Source of the DNA: a virus
UHGV virus genome: UHGV-0385297
Direction: 5' to 3' (one strand)
Length of the DNA: 64,000 bases
Below are positions 8,946 through 20,200 of the stretch, one piece after another. Position 1 is the first letter of the stretch. Every line of letters begins with the position of its first letter. The notes beneath the pieces are model-generated. The model saw nothing but the letters and a program-made list of their open reading frames with translations, did no database searches and was not told the origin of the DNA. Both the position numbers and the translations under genes were made by a program.

Positions 8946-11900
8946 TTAGATAGTACCGTCTAAAATCAGAGTATCGCTGGAAGCAATAGTCAGTTTTGCG
9001 GCATTTAAAGATGTTACATTCAGAGCTACATCAGCTGTACCATTGAATGAAATTGCAGAGGCAGTAGCACCACCTGTAATAGAGAAATTACGTGCAGTTG
9101 CTAACTTAGTTGCACTCCCCGCATTACCACTTACAGTTGTAGGTGTTGCAGGCATAGTCATTGTGGTTGTAGATGTAGAGGTAATATGACCCTGAGCATC
9201 ATAAGTAATGCTTGGCACTTTGAATGTGCCACCGAAACCTAATGTCTTAGAGTCATCACCCTTTACGGTACCGGCGGTTACGCTATTTGTATGGTTAATC
9301 GCGTTGCCAGAACCAATGGTGATACCTGTACCAGCCTTGTATGTAGTGTTGGTATCAGTGTTGATATCACCCATGAACAGGTAATCTGTACCATCATACA
9401 CGAACTCGTATACACGGTTAGCCGCAAGATAACCAGTGCTAATAGTAGAATCACGGTATTTGATTGCTTTAGCACCTGTACCGTTAACATTCAGAGTTGG
9501 AGACGCTGCTGTATTGGTTACGGTGAACTTAACAGTCACTCTCGCACCAGTCACTAAGTTGAAACCTGTTACAGCAACGGTCTTTGCAGCTGTACCTGCG
9601 GCAGTAGAGCAAATACCATAATGAGTGATATCTGTTGTGCCATCAAAATTTACGCCATCAATCTTACGAGCTGTTTCTAACTGTTTTGCCTTTGCAGTGG
9701 TTGCGCCAGAAGTGATAAATCCGCTATCGTTTGTAATCTGAGAAGTCTTGGTAGGAACAGTGATATTTACCTTGCGGCTTCCATCAGGTGCTACATCAGC
9801 GCCATTCTTCTGAATGCCAACGATGATATTTCTCTCTGCATTGCTCGGTGCGTGTGCAGACTGAGAGTGATCGTAAGCTTTTTTACCTCTTGCACCATCA
9901 AACGCAGTAGAAGATGTTTCACCTAATGCAAGAGTCTCGGAAATAACAGCATATTTACTGCCAGAGTAACGATAAGTCTTATTATTATTTAAATTTACAT
10001 AAATCTTACCTGTTTCTGGTGTGTATGCACTTGTCTTTCCAGAATCCTTATAGAATGCACTTAAGTCATCTGCTACATAACCTTCCAGGACGTCATCAAC
10101 ATAACTTGGGAGCTGTGCCGCAGGTACTTTACCATTTTCATCCAGAGATGCTACGCCATTAGCGACACCTTTCTGAGAAGTTGGAATGGCATCTACATCA
10201 CCGGCAGAAAGTGTAATATCACCGCTTAATGCTTTACCATTAACTTTTCTGGATGTCGGTACTTTACCGCCTAATGCACTATTTACTACCTTGTTCTGTA
10301 CAGGGTTAGTAGAAGTAGAACTCAGAGCACTATCTACTACAGTCTTATTTGCTCCTGTAGCGATGCCATTTAACTTCTCTAAGAGAGCAGTAGTGAAAGA
10401 TGCAGTAGTTGCATCAAGTACATCTTTGTTGCTGTGGCTATGAGAAGCCGCTTTGATTAAAGAATCCACCTCTTCAGGAGTTAAATTGACGAATGGCAGA
10501 TCAGGATAAGCAGTCGCACCATCACCGATCTTGATCTTTCTCGTAGAAGAGTCCACAAGAAATTCGCCTTTCAACCCGACAAATGTGGCGGCTTGCGCCC
10601 ACTCATCAGTGGTTTTGTTGTTTAAAATAATACGTGTTTTTAAAGTAGTATTCGCCATATTAATTTTCCTTCCATATGTAACGCTTAATCCGACATCATC
10701 TGTAGCCCTAACTACAGTAGTGCCGTCATAAGTGCGAATTGAGTTATAAGTTGCTATATCAGAATCTGTGAGAGGAGTTTCGATAGGAGTTTCGAGAGCA
10801 TACATTACTTCTCCACTATGTTCTTTGCAGGATTCGTTAATAGTTTCCGCATAATTTTCTTTTATAAGATATAAAAAGCCCATTTCTGGGTTGAAATTCC
10901 ACGTCTCTGAAGTAAATGTACTCCTGGCCTCGGCCATTTGATTCATTCCGCTAATTGTCTTCGCGCTTGGCAATTTTTTCAAATCCATATTGCAATATCG
11001 TCCTGCTTGCGAAAAAGTCACATCTTCTCCATCAACAATAATGGAATACACCCTCTGTACATACATTCTCCGCTCCAGATCCACCTCATCACAGATCCAT
11101 TGCTGGCCGTTCTCATCTGTATAGTTGCCACCGGATGATACCGGGATACCGGGCAGACTGGTTGGAGATGTGATGGTGATGGTCTGCGGGGTACGGTAAG
11201 GCTCGTAATCAGTGGCTTCCGATGCTTCTTCTACTTGCAAAAGCTCTGATTCTGTACATTCATGTAAAGTTGTTGTCCCGTTAGTCCATGAACCCGCAAT
11301 TCCACATACAAGGATTCCATCACTTTTTGCAATGTATGATTTTTTCAATGCATTATAGGTCATGCCGACAAATCCGAGCGCATTATTAATATCGATTGCT
11401 TTCTCTATAGTTTCGTATTCAGCCATGCCTATAGTTGCGTTTTTGTTTGGATTCGTCACAGAGATAACATAAGTTTTTCCTTTCTGGCATTTTATCACTT
11501 TGCAAACTCCAAAAGTTTCATATGTCGGAGCAAACGGCAGTTTAACTTCATTTTCCTTCCAATCTCCATTAATTTTCAACACATCATTTGAGTAGTTTGC
11601 ATAGTAAAATCTTCCACCAAAAAGGTTCTTTCCATGCACCACTACCTCGCCTTTTGCGTTCTTAATATCCTGCGGATAATCTGGACTTGGACTCGGCTTA
11701 CCGCCTGTGTATGGCTCCCACGGGAGGGCGGTGTCGCCGGCGTTAAGCATGACATACAAATAACACGAAATGTATTTACCTGCCGGAAAATTAACATATA
11801 TACTCAATGCTTCTTCCGTTCCATCTAATATAAACTTTATCGGTGTATTCAAAGTTGCGCTTCCAATTCCTGTCCATATTTGCTCAGAATTTACATCTGG

Positions 11901-12263
11901 ATTCGCTACCTTTGCCATAGCAAGACTTGCTGCGGTAGGAATTGCTCCATCTTTTGAAAAAGAAAGTGTATATGTGCCAGCCGGTAGTTTAAAATGCTCC
12001 GTTGGTTCCACGAGACGAATATTTCTTACGCCATCCGCAGTGTTCGTTCCTTCTAAATGCCATATACTTGATTCTTTTTGTGTTAATGTCACACCTGCAT
12101 TTGTATTTTTTATCACTGTTGATGCAAATAGCTGCGCACCCGTTGTTTTCGTTTGATTACTTCGTCCATATACAGTTAATCCTTGTAATGCCATCTTTGC
12201 ACTGTCATTCAGTATCGCAGGATTCCCAGTAACATTCGTTTTCTCAATTGAAAACAAATCCAT
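8946..12263 (-). CDS. tail fibre protein (1105 aa)
   Basis: Fibrous composition. It shares the module with 4178..8878, including a 29-bp identical DNA island (9343-9371 and 6999-7027). Confidence 0.7.
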   Translation of the reverse strand: MDLFSIEKTNVTGNPAILNDSAKMALQGLTVYGRSNQTKTTGAQLFASTVIKNTNAGVTLTQKESSIWHLEGTNTADGVRNIRLVEPTEHFKLPAGTYTLSFSKDGAIPTAASLAMAKVANPDVNSEQIWTGIGSATLNTPIKFILDGTEEALSIYVNFPAGKYISCYLYVMLNAGDTALPWEPYTGGKPSPSPDYPQDIKNAKGEVVVHGKNLFGGRFYYANYSNDVLKINGDWKENEVKLPFAPTYETFGVCKVIKCQKGKTYVISVTNPNKNATIGMAEYETIEKAIDINNALGFVGMTYNALKKSYIAKSDGILVCGIAGSWTNGTTTLHECTESELLQVEEASEATDYEPYRTPQTITITSPTSLPGIPVSSGGNYTDENGQQWICDEVDLERRMYVQRVYSIIVDGEDVTFSQAGRYCNMDLKKLPSAKTISGMNQMAEARSTFTSETWNFNPEMGFLYLIKENYAETINESCKEHSGEVMYALETPIETPLTDSDIATYNSIRTYDGTTVVRATDDVGLSVTYGRKINMANTTLKTRIILNNKTTDEWAQAATFVGLKGEFLVDSSTRKIKIGDGATAYPDLPFVNLTPEEVDSLIKAASHSHSNKDVLDATTASFTTALLEKLNGIATGANKTVVDSALSSTSTNPVQNKVVNSALGGKVPTSRKVNGKALSGDITLSAGDVDAIPTSQKGVANGVASLDENGKVPAAQLPSYVDDVLEGYVADDLSAFYKDSGKTSAYTPETGKIYVNLNNNKTYRYSGSKYAVISETLALGETSSTAFDGARGKKAYDHSQSAHAPSNAERNIIVGIQKNGADVAPDGSRKVNITVPTKTSQITNDSGFITSGATTAKAKQLETARKIDGVNFDGTTDITHYGICSTAAGTAAKTVAVTGFNLVTGARVTVKFTVTNTAASPTLNVNGTGAKAIKYRDSTISTGYLAANRVYEFVYDGTDYLFMGDINTDTNTTYKAGTGITIGSGNAINHTNSVTAGTVKGDDSKTLGFGGTFKVPSITYDAQGHITSTSTTTMTMPATPTTVSGNAGSATKLATARNFSITGGATASAISFNGTADVALNVTSLNAAKLTIASSDTLILDGTI

Positions 12264-13660
12264 ATTATCTTTTCACCGCCTTTCTTTTCTTATTGAACCT
12301 CACACCGCTAAAGCGGTGTGATTCTTGGGAACTTCTTAATATTGCAAGAATATTTACCAAGCTATCCCGACTGTTCCAGCCGTTCTTAAATTATTACGCT
12401 GCTAAAATTCTTAATCCTTCATTCAAGATATTCATAGCAGCATTTATATCACGATCATGATGTGTCCTGCGTTGTGGACAATCCCATTCACGGATACCAA
12501 GATTCTTTGTTTCTTTATTTACATATCCACAGATACTACATGTCTGTGAGCTTGCAAAGAATTTATCTACCTTTACAATATCCCTGCCATACCAGGAAGC
12601 CTTATACTGTAACTGTCGCACAAATTCAGACCATGATACATCGGAAATAGACCTTGCAAGTTTATGATTTTTAATCATATTCTTAATCTGTAAATCTTCG
12701 ATACAGACAACATCATTCTGCCTGATTAGTTCCGTAGATAATTTCTGTAAGAAATCTTTGCGTTGATTTGAAATTTTCTCATGAAGTCTAGCAACCTTAA
12801 TTCTTGCTTTATTACGATTTGAACCGCCTTTTGATTTTCGAGACAGTTCTCTTTGCAACTTGACAAGCTTGTCCAATGACTTTTTAAGATATTTCGGATT
12901 TGAAATCATTTCACCATCAGAGGTTATGCAGAACTCTTTAATTCCTAAATCAAGACCAATAGAATTACCAGTCTTTTCAAATGGTTTAATTTCCACATCA
13001 GTGCAGCACAGTGACACATAATATTTTCCGCTAGGTTCCTGTGAGACGGTAGCATTTAAAATTCTTCCATCTGGAACAAGCTTATTCTTTGTTTTAACCA
13101 TTCCGAGTTTTGGAAGTTTAATATGTTTACCATAATACTGAATATTTCCATTCACACATTTGGATTTGTATGAAAATCTATGCGTCTTCTTAGACTTAAA
13201 TTTCGGATAACCTGTATGTCTTTTAAAAAACTTTTGATAGGCAGAATCTAAATCTCTAAGCGAGGATTGAAGAGCGGTGGAATCAACTTCTTTTAGCCAT
13301 TCAAGTTCAGACTTCAAATTTTTCATATCATTGGCGCATTCGACATACGAAAAGGATTCTTTTTCTTTTTCGTATAATTCAATGCGTTTTGCAAGATATT
13401 TGTTGTATACAAATCTACAACACCCAAATATCTTCGCGATAATTTCTTTCTGCCTTTTATTTGGATAGATTCTGTATTTATAAGCCTTTTCCACTCTCTT
13501 CACATCACTTTCGTTTTTTGATTTTAATATACATATCCTCTACCGTGAATTACTTCCATGATTATCACCTCATATGTATATTCTCCATTCTAGCGGCGAT
13601 TCATCTCACCACTAAAGTGGCGAGTGTTCTCGCCTTCTGTCATAAAATAGACTGGAAATT
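12264..13660 (-). mobile_element. IS200/IS605-family insertion sequence, TnpB-only (IS1341-like), inserted between two tail genes
   Basis: A tnpB ORF is flanked by subterminal imperfect palindromes with TAAA loops. The RE-side hairpin is CACACCGC-TAAA-GCGGTGTG (12301-12320). The LE-side hairpin is TCACCAC-TAAA-GTGGCGA (13606-13623), with an adjacent GGCGAG-TGTT-CTCGCC (13619-13634). No tnpA is seen. Confidence 0.7.
12394..13503 (-). CDS. tnpB: TnpB (IS605 OrfB-family RNA-guided endonuclease), 369 aa
   Basis: Ruv[12 protein letters not shown], Ruv[15 protein letters not shown], zinc finger [23 protein letters not shown] and Ruv[15 protein letters not shown] are all present, so the catalytic D/E/D residues appear intact. 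Confidence 0.85.
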   Translation of the reverse strand: MKRVEKAYKYRIYPNKRQKEIIAKIFGCCRFVYNKYLAKRIELYEKEKESFSYVECANDMKNLKSELEWLKEVDSTALQSSLRDLDSAYQKFFKRHTGYPKFKSKKTHRFSYKSKCVNGNIQYYGKHIKLPKLGMVKTKNKLVPDGRILNATVSQEPSGKYYVSLCCTDVEIKPFEKTGNSIGLDLGIKEFCITSDGEMISNPKYLKKSLDKLVKLQRELSRKSKGGSNRNKARIKVARLHEKISNQRKDFLQKLSTELIRQNDVVCIEDLQIKNMIKNHKLARSISDVSWSEFVRQLQYKASWYGRDIVKVDKFFASSQTCSICGYVNKETKNLGIREWDCPQRRTHHDRDINAAMNILNEGLRILAA

Positions 13661-13930
13661 CTACTTCCCAGTCCCGTCAATAATTTCAATTTCGTTGTAA
13701 TCACTTCCTACTGTAAAATATTTCAGATTTGTATCATCCCATCGATAAACCTTATTTGCTGTAGTATCTACATAGAGACATTCAGGACTGCCGATAGTAG
13801 GAAAGTGCAAGTAGGAATCTTCATTGATTACAACCTGTTTTTCGTTTTCTTTTATTTGCTTGGATATATAGTCTTTAATCCAACCGTCATACCATTGAAG
13901 CCCATCCAAGCCAATATATATTTTTTCCAT
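13661..13930 (-). CDS. hypothetical tail-associated protein (89 aa)
   Basis: Its N-terminal motif IYIGLDGLQWYDGWIKDYI resembles the N-terminus of the neighbouring 427-aa protein. Confidence 0.4.
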   Translation of the reverse strand: MEKIYIGLDGLQWYDGWIKDYISKQIKENEKQVVINEDSYLHFPTIGSPECLYVDTTANKVYRWDDTNLKYFTVGSDYNEIEIIDGTGK

Positions 13931-13977
13931 GAGATGTCTCCAATCAGAAAGAGGACAGAAATAAATCCGTCCTCAAA

Positions 13978-15261
13978 TTATGCCTGAGCATTAGGGAACA
14001 ATGCCTTAATCTGCTCTTCGGTGGCAGCTACATATTCTACAGATTCAAGGTCAGAAACCTTGCCTTTTAACTCATTGATGCTTGCCTGAGCTGTAGCAAT
14101 TGCTTCTGTATTAGCCCGGATTTTGTTATAGGTTTCACCGCCGGTAGCCAGAGAAGCCTTACTAGCTGCAACATCTTTTTCCAGATCGGCAATATCAGCC
14201 GCCTGTAAAGCAGTATCAGCTTTGCCAAGAGATGCCTGTACATCTTTAGCCAGTTTTACCTTGGTGATGTTACTATCGGCAATCTTAACGGTAGTGATAG
14301 CACCATCGGCTAACTCAGTAGTGCCTACAGAACCTGCTACGATAGTTGCACTGATTTCTCTAGTTGCAGAGTCAATTGCTAACTGGATCTGAGCAGCATT
14401 CTTCTGGGCGGTATAAATATCTACCAGTTTACCAACATTGATATAAATTTTATCCTCAGTAGCATTTGCCAGTGTTAATACGAGATATGTACCTGCTGGC
14501 TGTCCAGTAGGATTGGTCTCTACAGCACCAGACTTAACTACCATATCCTTCGGGATGTCGATGGTTGCTACTTTCTTTCCACCCTGTTTGATGGTATAAG
14601 ACTTAGCAGCACCCTCGGTGGTAGTAGTGGTATCTACAGTTACCTTTGCACCGCCAGTCGCAGAGTCAACATCCTTTTTGACCTCAGTGATCGCACTAAC
14701 AAGGTCTCCCTTTGCGGTAGTAGTCAGATCATCTAAGTTACCAATCTTACCATCGACATCTCTTTTGTTGGCATCGATGTTAGCCTGCAGAGCATCTTTT
14801 GCGTCTTTAACAGCCTTTGCTACAGAACCCTCTGTAGTGTCAGAATCATTTAACTTAGTGATGGCATCTGTATTAGCCTTGATTTTCTTCTCAAGATCCC
14901 CTTTTGCAGTACCGATTTCTGCAGTTACATCAGAAGACTTTGCAAGGTCAGTCAGTTTAACACCACCATCAGAGATAGTGCCGTCTGCATTAGCAATTAC
15001 AACATCACCAACAGTAGCATTTTTGATCTTATGGATCAGGTCACTCAGATCTGCTTCTGGCAGTTCGATGGTGTATGCAGGTGCAGTAGAGCCAACCGGC
15101 TCTGCGACAGTGTAAAATTTAAGTGTATTACCTTCAATTGCAACGGTCTTTAAAGAACCTTTTACTGCATCAGAAATTTTTCCCTCGATAAACGGCTTCA
15201 GAAGACTATCATACTGCTGAAGGTTTTCCAGAGACACATAGGTAAATTTTGTTGTTGCCAT
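13978..15261 (-). CDS. fibrous tail protein (427 aa, Ala/Thr/Lys-rich, coiled-coil-like)
   Basis: Composition and position within the tail-fibre cluster. Confidence 0.5.
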   Translation of the reverse strand: MATTKFTYVSLENLQQYDSLLKPFIEGKISDAVKGSLKTVAIEGNTLKFYTVAEPVGSTAPAYTIELPEADLSDLIHKIKNATVGDVVIANADGTISDGGVKLTDLAKSSDVTAEIGTAKGDLEKKIKANTDAITKLNDSDTTEGSVAKAVKDAKDALQANIDANKRDVDGKIGNLDDLTTTAKGDLVSAITEVKKDVDSATGGAKVTVDTTTTTEGAAKSYTIKQGGKKVATIDIPKDMVVKSGAVETNPTGQPAGTYLVLTLANATEDKIYINVGKLVDIYTAQKNAAQIQLAIDSATREISATIVAGSVGTTELADGAITTVKIADSNITKVKLAKDVQASLGKADTALQAADIADLEKDVAASKASLATGGETYNKIRANTEAIATAQASINELKGKVSDLESVEYVAATEEQIKALFPNAQA

Positions 15262-15278
15262 ATTTCCTCCTTTATTTA

Positions 15279-16124
15279 TTAGAAAAGATAAGATATATCG
15301 GAAGCCTCTACTTGTGAGAAGCTTTCATTTAGTTTGAGATCAATCCGTTTATCAATAAGTGGTTCAAGATTTGCCAGAACTTCATTCTGGACATACTCAG
15401 CAACTTCTTCTTTTGTCATGAAATTCAAAGCTGCAATCTTTTCATTAACAGAAGCTTCTGTTACATAGCCTTGGGATTCGATCCATTCTCTTGTTGGGAT
15501 ATTAGTCTGAGAAACAATAGAATTTTCAGAAACGGTATAATCGATGATGTTGTGAGCTGTGATTTTACGAATAGCCACTTCCGTACCATCATGATCGACT
15601 ATAAAGAAATTATCATTAGAAGATAAGTAAGTAGTAATGTCTCCTAAACAGATCTTATACTGTCCACGAATTTTATAAATACCGGTTGCCAGGTCTGAGA
15701 TGGTAATCGGATTATCTAAAGTACCATCTAAGTTATCGATAGGTCTGTTACCTAGATTGTCATAGTTCAGAGTCTTAGCATCTTCACTTAACTTGGTTAC
15801 GTAATAAGAACCACCAGTATTTTTATTGACAATATAAGCAGTGTAAGCACCGTCAGTTAAGATAGCGACAATCTGACCTTCATATGTATCTGTGGCGGTA
15901 TTTAAAGATTTTTCAGCACTGGAAACATCTGAGAAACGGTAGATTTTAGAACGAATTGGATTGATAGACAGATCAGAGCCAATGAATATATTTTCATGAG
16001 TGTCTTTTGTGTAAATAATGTCGTTGGCATCTATGTTGCCGTTATTGATTAGCTTTGTAATATCTTCACGATTGACATAAGAAAATTTGGCTCTCTGCGT
16101 AGATTTTTTTGCAGCAGTAGCCAT
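15279..16124 (-). CDS. tail protein, unknown function (281 aa)
   Basis: ORF in the tail cluster. Confidence 0.4.
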   Translation of the reverse strand: MATAAKKSTQRAKFSYVNREDITKLINNGNIDANDIIYTKDTHENIFIGSDLSINPIRSKIYRFSDVSSAEKSLNTATDTYEGQIVAILTDGAYTAYIVNKNTGGSYYVTKLSEDAKTLNYDNLGNRPIDNLDGTLDNPITISDLATGIYKIRGQYKICLGDITTYLSSNDNFFIVDHDGTEVAIRKITAHNIIDYTVSENSIVSQTNIPTREWIESQGYVTEASVNEKIAALNFMTKEEVAEYVQNEVLANLEPLIDKRIDLKLNESFSQVEASDISYLF

Positions 16125-16789
16125 TATTCATTTTCCTCCCCGTATGTATTTACCAAAACCATACCATCTTCGGTGTTATCTGCGATTGCATCACCAAGAT
16201 CGCTAACTGAGATGCCGATACCTTTCTTAACACCATTGGCAGTGCCATAGATTTTCTTAGCATCAGTATCTAATTTGATGTCATCTAATTTGCTTTCTGC
16301 AATAGTAGACTGTAGATCAGCCATAGCTTTAATTGCCTGCTGGTTAGCAATGATACGCTGATCTAATGCAGACAGAGCAGAATCAGGCGCAGAGAACCAA
16401 TCTGCAATAGCGATAATCGGCATAGTAAACGTATCTGTCTTTCTTACAGGTGTTTCTACAATTCCATCATCAGTCATTTCAACATCAATGAAAGTCATCA
16501 TAAATTCCACATCACCCACTTCTGCAGTGAGATTGGTGTCAATTCTCATCTTATACAACAGATAATCGGTCTTATATTCAGCATCAGCAATCTCTAATTC
16601 GACATAGTTATGCTTATGCGTGATCGGAGTCAGATACTCCAAACGTGCAGAATACTGAGACATATCCAGTTCACCGTATAACTTTGGTACTACAATCTGT
16701 AATACGTCTACCAATTTGGAATTCTGCATGATGCGCTGACGCTCTGTAACATTGGCGCTGTTATCATTCTGAATTAAAACAGTAAACAT
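16124..16789 (-). CDS. tail protein, unknown function. The start was refined to the ATG at 16789, which follows RBS GGAGGAATGAA.
   Basis: The ORF-track start at 16843 has no RBS. The 16789 ATG is preceded by a strong RBS and by the stop of an upstream small gene. Confidence 0.4.
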   Translation of the reverse strand: MFTVLIQNDNSANVTERQRIMQNSKLVDVLQIVVPKLYGELDMSQYSARLEYLTPITHKHNYVELEIADAEYKTDYLLYKMRIDTNLTAEVGDVEFMMTFIDVEMTDDGIVETPVRKTDTFTMPIIAIADWFSAPDSALSALDQRIIANQQAIKAMADLQSTIAESKLDDIKLDTDAKKIYGTANGVKKGIGISVSDLGDAIADNTEDGMVLVNTYGEENE

Positions 16790-16790
16790 T

Positions 16791-16928
16791 TCATTCCTCC
16801 TTTCGTGTGATATATTCAAAATCCTGCTTCGAGATCTTTCCATCGGAGAGGAGTTTGTTCAACTGTTCCATTTTTAAAACCTTTTTATCCTGGTAAAGTC
16901 TTTTTAGACTCTCTACAAATTCTGTCAT
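16791..16928 (-). CDS. XkdX-like small phage protein (45 aa, MTEFVESLKRLYQDKKVLKMEQLNKLLSDGKISKQDFEYITRKEE)
   Basis: Its start (ATGA) overlaps the stop of the upstream gene. The pattern Y..G..T.EQL...V..GKIT.EEY..IT resembles the XkdX family as I recall it. Not in the ORF track because it is under 60 aa. Confidence 0.4.
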   Translation of the reverse strand: MTEFVESLKRLYQDKKVLKMEQLNKLLSDGKISKQDFEYITRKEE

Positions 16929-17242
16929 CACAGCACCCCCTGTTCAAACAAATTCATTGTATAATTGTCGATAATCTCTTCTGGTGACATGCAATGAGCC
17001 TGTTTCAACTGATTATATTCGTGCTCTGTAATTTCTTCTAAAGTTACAGTCGCAAAGTCATCAACAGGAAATGGCTCCAAAGAAGGAATATGATACGCTG
17101 TATCACCAGTAGAAGAGAGGATACCCTGTGCATGTTCCTCATCGCACAACAGGAGGATTTTGTGCTTTGGCTGAAACCTTACGAACTGAATAGAAGAGAG
17201 TACATCTATCACATTTCGATTTTTTATAACTTTGTAAAACAT
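16928..17242 (-). CDS. small tail protein (XkdW-position; 104 aa). The ATG at 17242 follows a GGAGG RBS.
   Basis: ORF. The start was refined from the RBS position. Confidence 0.4.
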   Translation of the reverse strand: MFYKVIKNRNVIDVLSSIQFVRFQPKHKILLLCDEEHAQGILSSTGDTAYHIPSLEPFPVDDFATVTLEEITEHEYNQLKQAHCMSPEEIIDNYTMNLFEQGVL

Positions 17243-17290
17243 AACTACCTCCATAAGAAAAGGGACGCACCGAAGTACGCCCCATAATTT

Positions 17291-20200
17291 TTAGATACTT
17301 AAAATGATTACAACTCCTGCTTCCTGGTTTGGTAACTTATATCCACTGGTAGAGCCATCTGAATTTACGGACCAAACGTAGGTGTTATATCCGATATTCG
17401 GAGATCTCAGCCAGTAAGATACAGCAGTACCAGTTGCATCCGTTCTAACTCTTGCTGTGTCAGAAGTAATGAATGGAATAACAGAGCCTTCATAATTGTA
17501 AGGCTCGAAGTTCATAGCACCCTCGACTTCGATAGCAGCAGGAATTGCTACATAGCAGTTGGAAGTAACCGTCTCACTGGATTTTTCACCAGCAGTAGAC
17601 TGGATCTTTGCCTGTTTAAGCAACTGTCTCCACTGTACAGGAATTGCATTGTAGAACCTGCCATTTAGGAACTTATTCAGATCCATTTTAGCCCAACCAC
17701 CGGCATTGGTAGAAGTTGCATTCAACCTCATCATGTTAGACAGAACGTGAGAAGAGACAAAAGACATAGAAGTACGAGAACCGGAGTTATCGCTGAGATA
17801 ATATCTCTTAAATGCATACATTTCTAATTCGATGCTTTCATGTGTCCATGCAGCTAAATTACGGCAAGCAGTATCACCTAAGTCTGCATTCCATAACTTG
17901 GCCCAGTAGATTGTTCCCTTTCCGTAATTCTCATAAGCACCATCATCTGCCTTAGAGCATCCAAACACGAGTGTACTGGTTGCAATAGCAGACTTATTAC
18001 TGGTAAGCTGAGAATATGCAATAGTTTCTTCTGGTAAGTTACCCTGATATACATGCAGAACTTTTTCACCAGCAATATGCCGAATTACAAGAATATCACG
18101 TTTACCAGTATTGGATACGGCTTTAGAAGAGGTATTCCAGTTAATCTGTGGCTGCGTGTTCTGCCAAAGTTTAAATCCGAGAGAACCATCAGACTTATAA
18201 CACTGCATAAGAGTAGAACCAGTGGTGTTATTTGTGGCAAACATATAGTCTACTGCCAGTACAAAGTCTTTATCTTCATCAATCAGAGATAACTTTGTAT
18301 CCACATAGTTACTTCCTGTAAATACAGTTTCCTGGTTGATCAGCGTATTCTCTTCAATATCTTCAAAAGTATAGTCAGTACCCATGTCAAATGAGATACT
18401 ATCTTTCTCAGATACAACTTCCTGTTCTTTTGTCAGTTTCGTCATGGCGTAAATTTCTACAGGGCGCATAGTGCTAATATCTTTGCCCTTGAAGTAATCC
18501 TGAACGTATTCACAGGAGTCGAATACTGCATTAATGTCCTTATCGCCAGTCACATAACCACTAGAGTCCCATCTGTCAAAAAGGTAATACTTATATGCAT
18601 TTTCCTCAGCAGTGTATACAGGAATATCCTTACTATAGAATACAGTGGAACCATACTCAGCGGTGATAGTTTCCTTAACTGTTCCCTTGGAAATGTAACG
18701 TACAGTGTACTTTCTGATAGTAGAAGTATAAGTTGCAGTGTAAACAGCGTCAGAAAAGGCCGCAATGAAATTTTTGTCCCATCCAGCGAATGTGAAATCA
18801 TTCTTAGCTGTGGACTTTTTCGTAGGCGTTGAAATCGGGTTTTCTTCCCTTGTCAGAGGATCGACAGGAGTTTCACCCTTATCTACGTACTGAGTATCAA
18901 GAATAGAACCATCATCATTTTTGAATAAAATAGTGAACTGTTCTACCAAAGTATCATATGTAAGTTCGAGATCAGGCCATGCCGCTTTGTACTCAGCAAG
19001 TTTCTTTTCTCTCATTACAGGAACATGAACTGCACCTGCAAGTACAGACTGATCAGTATTATATCCGTTACGATCAATACCTTTCATACCGTAAATCTTA
19101 TCTAATAGAGAAGTATCTGTCAGAGTCCAATTGATACCTGTAATTCTTACACGGTTTACGTTCTTAGATTTCTCAATCAGAGACTTACAATCTACGACAT
19201 TACAGTTCTCAAGAACCATAGTTGCGATCTTGTCATAACCTGCAATCTCTAAGTCTGTCAAATACATAAGGTTCTGCATCTTGATAGATGTAAGAGTATC
19301 TGGCAGAAGAGCAGTGGCAATTTTACCACCATTCGCAAACAGTACACCTGTTAAACCAGAACCAGTAGCATACAGTTCTTTCAGATTCAGACACTTAGAG
19401 AAGTCTAAGCTGGTTGTAAGATTTGGTGTATTTCTAATGTCGAGTTTTTCAAGGAGTTTATTGTTTCCAATAACAAGATTGGTTAAGAATGTGTTGGAGT
19501 ATCCTTCTGTAGTATTACCAATGATAAGTTCTTTCAGCTTTTCAGCTTTAGAGAAGTCATTGTCATGAATATAACATGTAGATACATCACCCATAGACTG
19601 AATTCTGGAAGCTGCATAAACCAGTACGGCAGTATCATCCATAGTTATGTAAGGACAAGTAATGTCATATGTCTGACCTGCTTTTGCTCTAATCTGTTTT
19701 ACAGAGGAATTACCGAACATTACGTCAAGATACATATTAGAATATGGGGTTAAGTGAAGTGTATAATCAGGAGATACAACCGCACCTACAGGAGTGTTAC
19801 AACGGAACATAATCTGATCAGAAGTAATAGACGTTCCGACAAATTTTGTTGCCATATAAATTTCCTGATCACGTTCAAACTGACGGCGCTGATATTTCTT
19901 CTTACCATTCATCATCTGTTCCAAGAAACGAGTGTTGCCATCACGATAGGTTCTTTCGTATTTACGAACATAGTCAAGTCTCCATAATTCCTCACACCAT
20001 TCGTTCTGCTTAGAATCGAACTGATTAATCAGAGATGTCGCACTCCAACATCCTTTTGACTCACAAGAAGCATACATAGTACGAAGCTGTGAACCCATAA
20101 GATTACGAATACGACAGAAAAATACACATTCAGCAGCATTGAAAACATAACCAGAAGATGGATCTCCTTCTGTACGATAATCAGTATCTTCCTTGCCATA

